From positions 1 to 31,275 of IMG/VR virus record IMGVR_UViG_3300047557_001954: a stretch of DNA of 31,275 nt; one strand, 5' to 3'. Origin of the DNA: a virus (lineage: Duplodnaviria; Caudoviricetes). The stretch's first letter is position 1; each line of letters opens with the position of its first letter. A model generated the notes under the pieces. That model made no database searches and was not told the DNA's origin. It worked only from the letters and a program-made list of their open reading frames with translations. Shown one piece after another: positions 8,495-16,898 of this stretch. The translations under genes and the position numbers were made by a program.

Positions 8495-9057
8495 CAAAGC
8501 AATTTCAAAGCAAGCCGCAGACAAATGACCGGCTAGCTAACTATGTCGAAGTTAACGAACGTATTCATTCGTTTTGGGCGAAGCATCCGAACGGCCGGAT
8601 TCATACGGAAATTGTAAGTTGGCAAGATGGCATTTTAGTAATGCGTGCGATGGTATGGCGAGATATGAACGATCCGCACCCATGCGCGGTAGGTCACACC
8701 TACGAAATCGAAGGAAGCAGTCACATTTTGAAGGGCTCTTTAATCGAGGTGGCAGAGACTAGTGTAATAGGCAGAGCGCTGGCCGTAGCTGGTGAATTAG
8801 TCAAACGTGCGGTATCCAGTAAGGAAGAAGTAGAAAACGCGATCAGTCACCAGAAAGAACTTGAGAACGAGCCAGACCGTAGCAACGATCCGGCAATCAA
8901 AGCGAAATGGCAACTGTTAGCCGGAGATTTACAAGGATATGAAGAAGGCATCCAGAAACTACGCAACAAGGGTATGACATGGAGCCAGATCGAAGAGGTT
9001 TTAACGGATAAGTTAAAGCAGAGAAAAACTAAACAGGAGGAAGTAAATAATGAATAA
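8491..9057 (+). CDS. Putative ssDNA-annealing protein (Rad52/Sak-like)
   Basis: YVEVNERI..F, EVAETS.IGRALA motifs; directly upstream of SSB. Confidence 0.55.
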   Translation: MTKQFQSKPQTNDRLANYVEVNERIHSFWAKHPNGRIHTEIVSWQDGILVMRAMVWRDMNDPHPCAVGHTYEIEGSSHILKGSLIEVAETSVIGRALAVAGELVKRAVSSKEEVENAISHQKELENEPDRSNDPAIKAKWQLLAGDLQGYEEGIQKLRNKGMTWSQIEEVLTDKLKQRKTKQEEVNNE

Positions 9058-9406
9058 CGTAAACCTAATTGGCAATTTAACAAAGGAGCCAGAATTGTTC
9101 TACTCGAAATCTGGAGTAGCGGTTCTAGATAACTCAATTGCAGTGAATGACGGATTCGGTGAAAACAAAAAGACCTATTTTTTTAATATCAAATGGTTTG
9201 ATAAAGTAGCCGAAAAAGTAGCGACAATCACATATAAAGGTCAAAAGATTGCAATAAGCGGAAACCTTATCCAGCGTACTTGGGATAAAGACGGAAAAAA
9301 ACAGTATGCCGTAGAAATCCGCGTCAAAGAATTCAAATTGCTATCATTCAAAGAATCTAATGCACCGGATGAATATGTTGTCGCGGATGCAGACCTGCCT
9401 TTCTGA
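9050..9406 (+). CDS. ssb: Single-stranded DNA-binding protein
   Basis: MNNVNLIGNLTKEPEL, KGQKIAISGNL..R.W, acidic tail DADLPF. Confidence 0.93.
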   Translation: MNNVNLIGNLTKEPELFYSKSGVAVLDNSIAVNDGFGENKKTYFFNIKWFDKVAEKVATITYKGQKIAISGNLIQRTWDKDGKKQYAVEIRVKEFKLLSFKESNAPDEYVVADADLPF

Positions 9407-9726
9407 TGGATCGGGCCGGATATGCTGAACGAATTGAAGCGCTTATCACACGACTAGACGAAGCACAGAGAATCCTTTACAAGCAGGCTAAAGAAAAGGC
9501 CGAAAGCGAAAGGGTGTATCGAATGGACTTAGCACAGGAAATTCTACGATTACGCGCGGAAGGTCAACCGGCGGCACTGGTCGGAGACTTGGCGCGAGGA
9601 TCATGCGCGGATCAGAAGTTTAAGAGGGATTTTGCGGAATCACGTTTTAAGGCAACGCTAGAAGCAATCGAGATAATCAAGGTACAGATTAGCGCACTGC
9701 AAAGTCTGTACAGACATAACGATTAA
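9406..9726 (+). CDS. Helical hypothetical protein, possibly a UvsY-like recombination mediator
   Basis: All-helical 106 aa in the recombination module; family assignment is tentative. Confidence 0.4.
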   Translation: MDRAGYAERIEALITRLDEAQRILYKQAKEKAESERVYRMDLAQEILRLRAEGQPAALVGDLARGSCADQKFKRDFAESRFKATLEAIEIIKVQISALQSLYRHND

Positions 9727-9729
9727 ATG

Positions 9730-9760
9730 AAAAAGGCTTCCGCCTGAACTCGGAAGCCTT
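9730..9760 (-). terminator. Minus-strand intrinsic terminator
   Basis: AAGGCTTCCG-8 nt-CGGAAGCCTT hairpin with an A-run on the left side only. Confidence 0.55.
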
Positions 9761-9804
9761 CCCCACCAGATTTATATTATATCAATAATCCGGAGCGTGA
9801 CAAT

Positions 9805-10311
9805 ATGAAATTATATGAATTGTCCACACAATATGCACAGATTGTGGATATGATGGAAGCGGCGCAGGTAGAAGGTTCTGAACAACTGGATGCTGAAGTT
9901 TTACGCGATACACTGGACGCAATTGAAGAAGCATTCGAAGCAAAAGCAGATAACATCGCGCGTATCATGGCACAACTGACAGCAACAGAAGAAGCGATTA
10001 AGGCAGAAGTAAAGCGACTATCTGAACGCGCCGCGATTGTCAGCAAACAGCGCGAGAGCCTTAAAAGTTATCTGTTCGCCAGCATGGAAGCGGCGAAACG
10101 CGATAAATTCAAAACGGCTTTTTACAACTTCACGATCCGGAACAATCCGGCATCCGTTCAGATCATAGATGAATCGTTGATTCCTGCAGAGTACATCCGC
10201 GAAGTCATAGAACGGAAGACAGATAAAAAGGCTATTGCTGAAGCGATTAAATCCGGATCAGAGGTAGCCGGATGCACTCTCACGCAGTCGCGGTCATTGG
10301 TGATTAAATGA
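9805..10311 (+). CDS. Siphovirus Gp157-like protein
   Basis: MKLYEL, KADNIA, IKAEVKRL, LKSYL...M, DKKAIAEAIKSG.EVAG..L. Confidence 0.9.
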   Translation: MKLYELSTQYAQIVDMMEAAQVEGSEQLDAEVLRDTLDAIEEAFEAKADNIARIMAQLTATEEAIKAEVKRLSERAAIVSKQRESLKSYLFASMEAAKRDKFKTAFYNFTIRNNPASVQIIDESLIPAEYIREVIERKTDKKAIAEAIKSGSEVAGCTLTQSRSLVIK

Positions 10312-10778
10312 ATTTAGTTAAAGATTGGACACATGACCATAAAATTATTTGTGATTGCGGAAGCAAAAAAAACAAAATTATTGAATTAGATAATTATCCT
10401 TGGGGAGAATACAAAAAATATTACAGATTAGAAATTGAATTTTTATGCTTAAAGTGTAAAAAAAAATTCTCACTAGATTATTACGAACAATCAGACACAG
10501 GTTTGCAGTGTTGCAATTGGTGGGAAGGTTATTTAGATATAGGCGAAAATATGTATTTATACAAAGGTTACAATTTTGAATTTGATAGAATCAATATCTT
10601 ATTATGTTCAAAAAATGCTTATGTGGTATCAATAAACGATAATCATGAAAACAATTTAATAACTTATGACGTATATCTATATCCAGAAAAAGAAGTATCA
10701 ATTTTAAGGCCGTACTTTGCAATAAATGAAACGACTGATCGGGAAATGAAAAAGTTTTTTTCTAGGAGGGGAATATAA
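10308..10778 (+). CDS. AT-rich accessory protein, possible Zn-binding
   Basis: CDCG and CLKC motifs; visibly lower GC than neighbours. Confidence 0.6.
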   Translation: MNLVKDWTHDHKIICDCGSKKNKIIELDNYPWGEYKKYYRLEIEFLCLKCKKKFSLDYYEQSDTGLQCCNWWEGYLDIGENMYLYKGYNFEFDRINILLCSKNAYVVSINDNHENNLITYDVYLYPEKEVSILRPYFAINETTDREMKKFFSRRGI

Positions 10779-11041
10779 TCAACAGAGAGACGCGCCGCAG
10801 ATTGAAACAGAATGAGGTTGTAAAGCGTTCGGTTATTATGCCGGACGCTTCAAAGCTAAGAGAGCATGAGCGGATCAGGAAGGCACTAGACGAAGGGATC
10901 ATGGTAGGATTCAGCGCCGCTTCTGCTTTATTTGAAAAGGTCGCTATGTCAGTTTCCGGAATCGGACAAGCCAGAGCAAAGAAGATCAGGGAAGCATTCG
11001 AGGAAGAAATAAAAAGAATTCAGGAGGAAATCGGACAATGA
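10778..11041 (+). CDS. Hypothetical protein with an HhH-like motif (start ATC 10778 or TTG 10802)
   Basis: AGGAGG sits 8 nt before an in-frame ATC-AAC-AGA-GAG-ACG-CGC-CGC; VSGIGQARAKKI resembles helix-hairpin-helix. Confidence 0.6.
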   Translation: MNRETRRRLKQNEVVKRSVIMPDASKLREHERIRKALDEGIMVGFSAASALFEKVAMSVSGIGQARAKKIREAFEEEIKRIQEEIGQ

Positions 11042-11547
11042 AAAAAATATTATTATCGGTGCTGGCTTTAAGTATGGTTATTATTTGGACAAGCGTTATG
11101 AGTTATCCACAGGCGGCGCAGGCTTATCTAAGCCAAACGGAGACAACAGAATTTAAGGACATCAAACATCTGCCTAACGGTTACCGGCTGGGAGTGCTAG
11201 GGATCGGCCAACTAAGCCGTAACCTACCCAATACATACATGAGCGTAAACGCAGCGGTGCAGGTAGTAAAAACAAACAATAAATCAAAGTCACAATTGAA
11301 AACAGTAAAAGTGAGTTATATGGTATTTGGCTATCAGATAGCCGGTAGCAATTTGCAGAATATAGTCAAAAACTTCAACGAAACGCTAACAGCATCATGC
11401 GGTGATTTAGGGTATAACCATTGTAGCCTATCCACTGGCAAGGTGTTGCAGGGTGTGATTTTATATCCTAGCGTCCAGCTTAAAATTGATATGACATTCA
11501 CAGACGGATCATATACAGTGTATAGTGCGAAACAGAGGATATATTGA
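11038..11547 (+). CDS. Secreted protein with a Sec signal peptide
   Basis: MKK, hydrophobic core, then AQA cleavage site; beta-rich mature part with one Cys pair. Confidence 0.7.
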   Translation: MKKILLSVLALSMVIIWTSVMSYPQAAQAYLSQTETTEFKDIKHLPNGYRLGVLGIGQLSRNLPNTYMSVNAAVQVVKTNNKSKSQLKTVKVSYMVFGYQIAGSNLQNIVKNFNETLTASCGDLGYNHCSLSTGKVLQGVILYPSVQLKIDMTFTDGSYTVYSAKQRIY

Positions 11548-11558
11548 TTATTTAGCAA

Positions 11559-11585
11559 GGAGCCGGAGCCGATCCGGCTTTTTTT
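11559..11585 (+). terminator. Rho-independent terminator
   Basis: AGCCGGA-gccga-TCCGGCT followed by a T run. Confidence 0.85.
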
Positions 11586-11602
11586 ATTGCATACAAAAAC
11601 CC

Positions 11603-11790
11603 AAAATAACCGAAGCATAACCGGTGGGTTATTTTAATAACCTAATCAAAAGCTAAAAAAACCTAAGTAAAAGCTAAATTAACCTAACCGAAAGCTAAAT
11701 TAACCTAACCGAAAGCTAAATTAACCAAAAGAAATAAAAAGAAATTAAAAGAAAAGAAATTAAAATAAAGTAGATAAAGATAATAAGTGT
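11603..11790. repeat. Putative replication origin: inverted repeat, four 21-bp iterons (11639-11722) and an A-rich tract
   Basis: Units AACCTAAnnnAAAGCTAAAww x4; AAAATAACC/GGTTATTTT inverted repeat; purine-rich AT tract follows; upstream of the initiator gene. Confidence 0.75.
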
Positions 11791-11841
11791 TTTTTTCAAA
11801 AACACGATGTGAAATTTTCTATTTATTTATTCATTTTTTTA

Positions 11842-11850
11842 TGTTATAAT
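11842..11850 (+). promoter_or_regulatory. Extended -10 promoter for the replication operon
   Basis: TGTTATAAT about 25 nt upstream of the RHH gene start. Confidence 0.6.
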
Positions 11851-11873
11851 TGTTTTCTGTGAAGGGTGGTGAA

Positions 11874-12038
11874 ATGATGCAAAACATTCAAACCAAAAAA
11901 GATAGCAAATTAATTAGTGTTCAGGTTGAAATTGATTTATTAGAAAAACTAAGAATCAAAGCATTTGAATATGGACATGGCGGAAAACAGTTAATCGTTA
12001 ACGAAGCACTAAGAACTTACTTACAGAGAGATAAATAA
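11874..12038 (+). CDS. Ribbon-helix-helix DNA-binding protein
   Basis: LISVQVEIDLLEKLR...KQLIVNEALRTYL is a beta-alpha-alpha pattern; RBS GGGTGGTG. Confidence 0.75.
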   Translation: MMQNIQTKKDSKLISVQVEIDLLEKLRIKAFEYGHGGKQLIVNEALRTYLQRDK

Positions 12039-12081
12039 AAAAAGGTGGAGACGGGAGCCGATCGAAACGAGAGGTGACCAG

Positions 12082-12168
12082 ATGAAGGTTTTATATCTTG
12101 GATTATTTGCAATCCATTTCATGACCGGTAAAGCACTAGAAAAAGTTATTAAAAAAATTGAGGTGTAG
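12082..12168 (+). CDS. Small protein, 28 aa (not in ORF track)
   Basis: RBS GAGGTG; MKVLYLGLFAIHFMTGKALEKVIKKIEV; abuts the initiator gene. Confidence 0.5.
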   Translation: MKVLYLGLFAIHFMTGKALEKVIKKIEV

Positions 12169-12171
12169 CGC

Positions 12172-13077
12172 TTGAAAGATGCATTTTATTTCTCACACGA
12201 TTCAAACGCAAGAAGCGACTTGAAAATTCAAGCGCTACGCTCTAAGTATGGAACGGCCGGTTATGGTATGTATTGGATCATAATTGAAATGATGCGTGAA
12301 AGCGCAGATCATAAACTGCCATTTAATCAGAAGTTTGCATACTACGGTTTTTCAAATGAATTTGGATGCACTGCCGAAGAAGCTAAAAATTTTATAAATG
12401 ATTGTATTTATGAGTTTGCTTTATTTGTTTGTGATGAACATTTCTTCTGGTCTGATTCATTGAATAGACGGATGGAAAAATACAAGCAAAAGGTTAATGT
12501 TAAATCAGAAAACGGACTTAAAGGAGGAAGGCCTAAGAAGCAAGCAGAACAGCCGCAGGAAGCGGCGGAAGTTATCGAAACGGAACAAGACAAGCCAAAG
12601 CGCGAAAAACCTGTTAGAGCGAAAAATGCAACGGTTGCACAGTATTCGGATGATGTGATTTTTTTAACCGATTTGTTGATTCAAAAAATGAAAGTGAACA
12701 ATCCGAATGTGAACGATCCGAATTTAAACAACTGGCGCGAGAATATCCGGCTGATGATGGACAATGATGGTTACACCTTCGATCAGGTCAAGCGAATGAT
12801 TGAATTTAGCCAGACGGACGATTTTTGGAAGTCGAACATCTTGAGCACTAAGAAGCTACGAGATAAGGCCGGAACTCTAGTTATCCAGATGAATCGGGAG
12901 GTGTCGAGTGCGAAAGGTTGGAGCGACAACAGAAAGCCTATTGTCACGCCTTCGAGATTTGCAGGCATTAACGATTCCTGCACACTTATCTGCGATGACG
13001 AGCCAGAGCCGGAACGAATTGAACAGATCAGAGCAAAGGCCGCAGAATATGACGGTGTACGACTGCGAACGGTGTAG
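12172..13077 (+). CDS. Phage replication initiator (DUF4373 / Lin1244-Lin1753-like N-terminus)
   Basis: YFSHDSNARSD.KI..LR..YG..GYG.YW.IIE, NGLKGGRPKK, C-terminal DDFWKSNILSTKKLR. Confidence 0.85.
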   Translation: MKDAFYFSHDSNARSDLKIQALRSKYGTAGYGMYWIIIEMMRESADHKLPFNQKFAYYGFSNEFGCTAEEAKNFINDCIYEFALFVCDEHFFWSDSLNRRMEKYKQKVNVKSENGLKGGRPKKQAEQPQEAAEVIETEQDKPKREKPVRAKNATVAQYSDDVIFLTDLLIQKMKVNNPNVNDPNLNNWRENIRLMMDNDGYTFDQVKRMIEFSQTDDFWKSNILSTKKLRDKAGTLVIQMNREVSSAKGWSDNRKPIVTPSRFAGINDSCTLICDDEPEPERIEQIRAKAAEYDGVRLRTV

Positions 13078-13741
13078 GGATGAGGAAGGTTATTTGATCC
13101 GTAGCGAAGGCCGCGAAGCGTGGAAAATATGCGAATGCGCGGCAGTTAAGCGGATTAAAAAACTGGTTAAGACTTCACAGATCACAGAACAATTTCAGAA
13201 ATTGACCTTTGAAACCTTTATAACAGATGAAAAGCCTGCGCCAGTTATTCAGGTTAAAAATGCGGCTATGCAGTATGTAAAGCAATTCGCAGAAATCGAA
13301 GGTGAACGGTGTAATAGTTTTGCAGTGGTCGGTCAGGTCGGATCAGGGAAAACACACTTAACTTGTTCAATCGCTAATGAACTTCTGAAAAGTGGGATTC
13401 AGGTTTTATATTTTCCCTATGTAGAAGGAATTAATAACCTTAAATCTAACTTTGATGAAATTGAACAGAAAACCGATTACATAAAAAAAGTCAGAGTGCT
13501 ATTTATTGACGACTTGTTCAAAGGCCGCGATAAACCAACTGCTTTTCAGATCGAGACGATTTTTTCAATTATTAATTACAGATACTTAAATCACCTTCCG
13601 GTGTTATTGACCAGTGAAAAAGATTTTGAAAATTTACTGGATATAGACGAAGCGCTAGGTAGCAGAATTTATGAAATGACGCGAGGAAATCGGTTTGTGT
13701 TAAAAGGTCAAAATATGAATCATAGGCTTAAAAATAGATAA
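12908..13741 (+). CDS. DnaC/IstB-like helicase loader ATPase
   Basis: Zn motif C..C...C.C, Walker A GQVGSGKTHL, Walker B LFIDDL, IINYRY, SRIYEM. Confidence 0.92.
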   Translation: MRKVGATTESLLSRLRDLQALTIPAHLSAMTSQSRNELNRSEQRPQNMTVYDCERCRDEEGYLIRSEGREAWKICECAAVKRIKKLVKTSQITEQFQKLTFETFITDEKPAPVIQVKNAAMQYVKQFAEIEGERCNSFAVVGQVGSGKTHLTCSIANELLKSGIQVLYFPYVEGINNLKSNFDEIEQKTDYIKKVRVLFIDDLFKGRDKPTAFQIETIFSIINYRYLNHLPVLLTSEKDFENLLDIDEALGSRIYEMTRGNRFVLKGQNMNHRLKNR

Positions 13742-13764
13742 AAAAATGATCCCAAAAAGGGATC

Positions 13765-13953
13765 ATGGAGAGGGCATATAATCATTCAATCAAAGGGAAG
13801 GTGACTGATTACATGGTACCACTTTATAGGGTTTGTTACAAAGGTTATAAATTGACCGAGCCAATGCGGTTATGTGAAGCGATGAAAAAGATTGAACGGT
13901 TGCGCGGTGTGCTACTAGGGATTTACTTGGAGCGTGAGCCGGATGCAGGTTGA
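13765..13953 (+). CDS. Hypothetical protein
   Basis: 62-aa ORF in the operon; start lies inside a hairpin. Confidence 0.5.
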   Translation: MERAYNHSIKGKVTDYMVPLYRVCYKGYKLTEPMRLCEAMKKIERLRGVLLGIYLEREPDAG

Positions 13954-14617
13954 CGTAACGTTATTTCAATATGAAGTCCTAAATGCAATAGGCGCGGATC
14001 GGATCGGCTATGATGAAATACTGAAGCGTTTGACGACAACAATGCAGAAAAAGCAGGTAGCCGGTGTTATTCGGTTTCTGAATGAACGCAAGATGGTGAA
14101 GCGGCACGATGACGACACTTTTGAAGTTATCAACAAAAACTATGGACTAAATAAGCGCGTGTTAAAAATTCAGGAATTCGGGACACTGGATTTACTGGTT
14201 CCACCTATTAAACCATTCGTTCCGGATCAGCTAACAAAATTTGATGTCATGCGATTAAATGCGCAGGGGTTGTCAAGATCGGAAATAGCGCGGCGGCTGA
14301 ATTTGACGAAAGCACAGGTTTTATGGACGCTGGCAAATATCAATTTTAACGCGGTCGAGCCTTCAAATGAAGATTCCGTTTTCATGGATGATGTACAGTT
14401 TAAGATTTATAACGGATTAAAAAAGCGCTGGAAAACAGAAGGTGAACTGGAAAAGCGTTTTAATATGCCGTATGAAATTATATTCCAGATCGTTCGGGAA
14501 CTGGCGGATATGAATGCGGTAAGTTTGCAAAAGATTAACGGCAAGTACATATTTGAACGGTTAGACATTCATGCAGTACAGATAAAAATTAGGGAGGAAG
14601 TATATCATGCAAATTAA
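13934..14617 (+). CDS. Multi-HTH DNA-binding protein, candidate late regulator
   Basis: Central GLSRSEIARRLNLTKAQV HTH flanked by two winged-helix-like segments. Confidence 0.6.
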   Translation: MSRMQVDVTLFQYEVLNAIGADRIGYDEILKRLTTTMQKKQVAGVIRFLNERKMVKRHDDDTFEVINKNYGLNKRVLKIQEFGTLDLLVPPIKPFVPDQLTKFDVMRLNAQGLSRSEIARRLNLTKAQVLWTLANINFNAVEPSNEDSVFMDDVQFKIYNGLKKRWKTEGELEKRFNMPYEIIFQIVRELADMNAVSLQKINGKYIFERLDIHAVQIKIREEVYHAN

Positions 14618-15083
14618 AATCAAACTGGCAGAAGGCGCGCAGATGCCGAAGCGGATGACAACAGGCGCGGCAGGATTCGATTTGATGGCGCTAGATAGTG
14701 AATTGATTCCAGCCGGTGAAACGCGAGTAATTAAAACTGGTGTCAGTATTGAATTGCCGCCGGATTGGGAAATGCAGATCAGGCCGCGATCCGGATTGTC
14801 TGTGAAGTATGATATTATCCAGATTCTTGGCACGATTGATTCAGATTATCGTGGAGATATCGGGGTTATCATTAAAAATATTGGATCAACTGATTTTATC
14901 GTCAATGCTGAGGATAGAATCGCTCAGGCGGTATTTAATCGGGTTGAATTGCCGGAATTAGTGATTTCAGACGAGTTAAGCGAAACAAAGCGCGGAAGCG
15001 GCGGTTTCGGCCACACCGGAATAGTAGCACAACAGGCCAGCGAACTGGAGCGGCTAGTTAGGCAGGTAATGAAAAGTGAATGA
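14607..15083 (+). CDS. dut: Trimeric dUTPase
   Basis: Motifs AAGFDL, RPRSG, GTIDSDYRG, DRIAQ, RGSGGFGHTG. Confidence 0.97.
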   Translation: MQIKIKLAEGAQMPKRMTTGAAGFDLMALDSELIPAGETRVIKTGVSIELPPDWEMQIRPRSGLSVKYDIIQILGTIDSDYRGDIGVIIKNIGSTDFIVNAEDRIAQAVFNRVELPELVISDELSETKRGSGGFGHTGIVAQQASELERLVRQVMKSE

Positions 15084-15192
15084 TAGCGAATGTATGTTAA
15101 CTTTTTTTGACATGGTTGTAATTGGATTAATATTTTTCTGGTTTTTTATTGGAATTGCAGTCGGTTACATTTGGAGTGAATATAAAAAATGA
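15076..15192 (+). CDS. Small membrane protein, about 38 aa (not in ORF track)
   Basis: MVVIGLIFFWFFIGIAVGYIW TM segment; ATGA overlap with the next gene; start uncertain. Confidence 0.5.
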   Translation: MNDSECMLTFFDMVVIGLIFFWFFIGIAVGYIWSEYKK

Positions 15193-15404
15193 ATCATGAT
15201 CCGGTGAACAGTCCACAGCATTACACGACAGGCGGAATTGAAACGATTGATTATTTGAAGGCGAAAATGAGCGCGGAAATGTATAGGGGATTCTTACTGG
15301 GGAATGTTATGAAGTACATAAGCAGATTCCAGCTGAAAAACGGAAAGCAGGATTTAGAAAAGGCGAAATGGTATTTAGAAAAGTTGCTGGAGATTGAAAA
15401 ATGA
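15189..15404 (+). CDS. DUF3310 (SaV-like) protein
   Basis: DPVNSPQHYT.GGIETIDY, GNVMKYISR...KNG.QDLEKAKWYL. Confidence 0.92.
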   Translation: MNHDPVNSPQHYTTGGIETIDYLKAKMSAEMYRGFLLGNVMKYISRFQLKNGKQDLEKAKWYLEKLLEIEK

Positions 15405-15604
15405 AATTGACCAGAGAGCAAGCGCGGCAGATCACAAATTTGCACATCCAGTTGACCAATATAGGCAAGGTAGCAACGGCAGGCCAGATCATAGAAATGG
15501 TGCTGGATATATTAGAAGTTAGTCACGAGCGATATAACGATATAGAGAAAAAGAAATTTTATTTTTGGCGGATCAGGCCGGAAAGTGTGAGCGATATTGA
15601 CTAA
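15401..15604 (+). CDS. Hypothetical protein
   Basis: ATGA overlap, RBS GGAG. Confidence 0.6.
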   Translation: MKLTREQARQITNLHIQLTNIGKVATAGQIIEMVLDILEVSHERYNDIEKKKFYFWRIRPESVSDID

Positions 15605-15821
15605 TAAATTATATTATGACCGGTTGCACATGATAACGTCTTTGCACCAGTTTTTTGATAGTCAAGTGTATAAAGAACATAAGACTTTCTGCGGCAGAAC
15701 GAAAGATGATTTGATTTATTGCAGTGAGGTAGAGTTGATTTTGATATATGAAAAAATGATCGAATTGATGAACTATATAGAAATAAGGTCAATTTGGAAT
15801 CTGAAAGGGTTTGGAAAATGA
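15597..15821 (+). CDS. Hypothetical protein
   Basis: Overlapping ORF in a tightly packed operon; TTG start. Confidence 0.5.
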   Translation: MTNKLYYDRLHMITSLHQFFDSQVYKEHKTFCGRTKDDLIYCSEVELILIYEKMIELMNYIEIRSIWNLKGFGK

Positions 15822-15985
15822 ATAGAGCAGAAATAGAAATAGCAGTTTTGCAAGAAGCAAAACAAAACCTTCAAAATTTGTTAGACAATATTTTGGTTGA
15901 AGGTCAAATGACAAAGTACGGTATTATGATGTCAATTCTAGAAATTCAAAACATGATAGACGAAACGGAAACTCAAAATGATTGA
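15818..15985 (+). CDS. Hypothetical protein
   Basis: ATGA overlap at 15818. Confidence 0.55.
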   Translation: MNRAEIEIAVLQEAKQNLQNLLDNILVEGQMTKYGIMMSILEIQNMIDETETQND

Positions 15986-16223
15986 CCGTAATGTCAGGAT
16001 CAGATTGCTTCAGGTGTTGAATATATTGGCGAATGCACAAAAGGAATTAAGTGTGAGCGAAATTATATTTGAATTAAAGCGGATATATTCAAATTGGTTC
16101 CAAGTCGAGCGCCGAGCGATATATGCAGACTTGAAAGCGCTAGAGCAATTTGGATATGTAAGTTTAAGGACTGGAGCGGCTAACAAAACTTATGCGAAAT
16201 ATGCAGACGATTACGATTTATGA
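15978..16223 (+). CDS. Stand-alone winged-helix HTH protein (HTH_11-like)
   Basis: RLLQVLNIL...LSVSEI...VERRAIYADLKALEQFG resembles the N-terminal wHTH of WYL/DeoR regulators. Confidence 0.7.
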   Translation: MIDRNVRIRLLQVLNILANAQKELSVSEIIFELKRIYSNWFQVERRAIYADLKALEQFGYVSLRTGAANKTYAKYADDYDL

Positions 16224-16557
16224 GAAGCCGTACAGCCTAAACGAATACCGAAACGAGCATTATATAAAACTGAATAAGATTAAAAAACAATGGTCAAATG
16301 CGGTCGAATTGGCTTGTATATGGAATAAGATAAATCCTGTGGATAAATGCGAAGTGCGATTCACTTTTATATTTGGTGATCGTAAGCGGCGCGATCCGGA
16401 TAACTATGCGGCAACGGTCAAAATGATAATTGATGGTTTGGTACTGGCTGGGATATTGCCGGATGATAATTTTAATCATGTGGTAAAAATTGAAATGTCT
16501 ATAGCGATTGAAAAAGGTATAGAAGGTGTAAAAGTCGAAATGCTGGAGGTAGTATGA
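16192..16557 (+). CDS. rusA: RusA-like Holliday junction resolvase
   Basis: RRDPDNY...K.IIDGL..AGILPDD catalytic motif. Confidence 0.85.
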   Translation: MRNMQTITIYEKPYSLNEYRNEHYIKLNKIKKQWSNAVELACIWNKINPVDKCEVRFTFIFGDRKRRDPDNYAATVKMIIDGLVLAGILPDDNFNHVVKIEMSIAIEKGIEGVKVEMLEVV

Positions 16558-16898
16558 GCGAAAAAGTAAAACTGCCGAAAGACGTGTGTGATGCGTTAGA
16601 TTTAGTACAAAGAATTTTTGATATCAGCCCTGCTTCGATTGTGATGGATGTATTGCAAAAAGAACATGATTATGACGAGCGCGTTAAAATATTAAACGAA
16701 CAAGACGCCAACGTTATTATGCGAGCATTGGTTCTTGGGTATGAGCCGGAGTTATCGGCGGAAGAACAAATAAAGCATTTATACAGCGATGCACCAAGCA
16801 TAAAAGGATATTACGAAATTGTATATTATCAAAAAGGAATTAGAGATGCTTTGAAAATTCATGGAATCCACTACGATTGGATGGATGGTTCGGAATGA
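16554..16898 (+). CDS. Hypothetical protein (DUF1642-like)
   Basis: KVKLPKDVCDAL...MRALVLGYE pattern common in Bacillota phages. Confidence 0.6.
   Translation: MSEKVKLPKDVCDALDLVQRIFDISPASIVMDVLQKEHDYDERVKILNEQDANVIMRALVLGYEPELSAEEQIKHLYSDAPSIKGYYEIVYYQKGIRDALKIHGIHYDWMDGSE

Noticed and set aside
11639-11722. Tandem repeats as a CRISPR array
   Set aside because: Contiguous 21-bp units with no unique spacers and no cas genes; fits iterons
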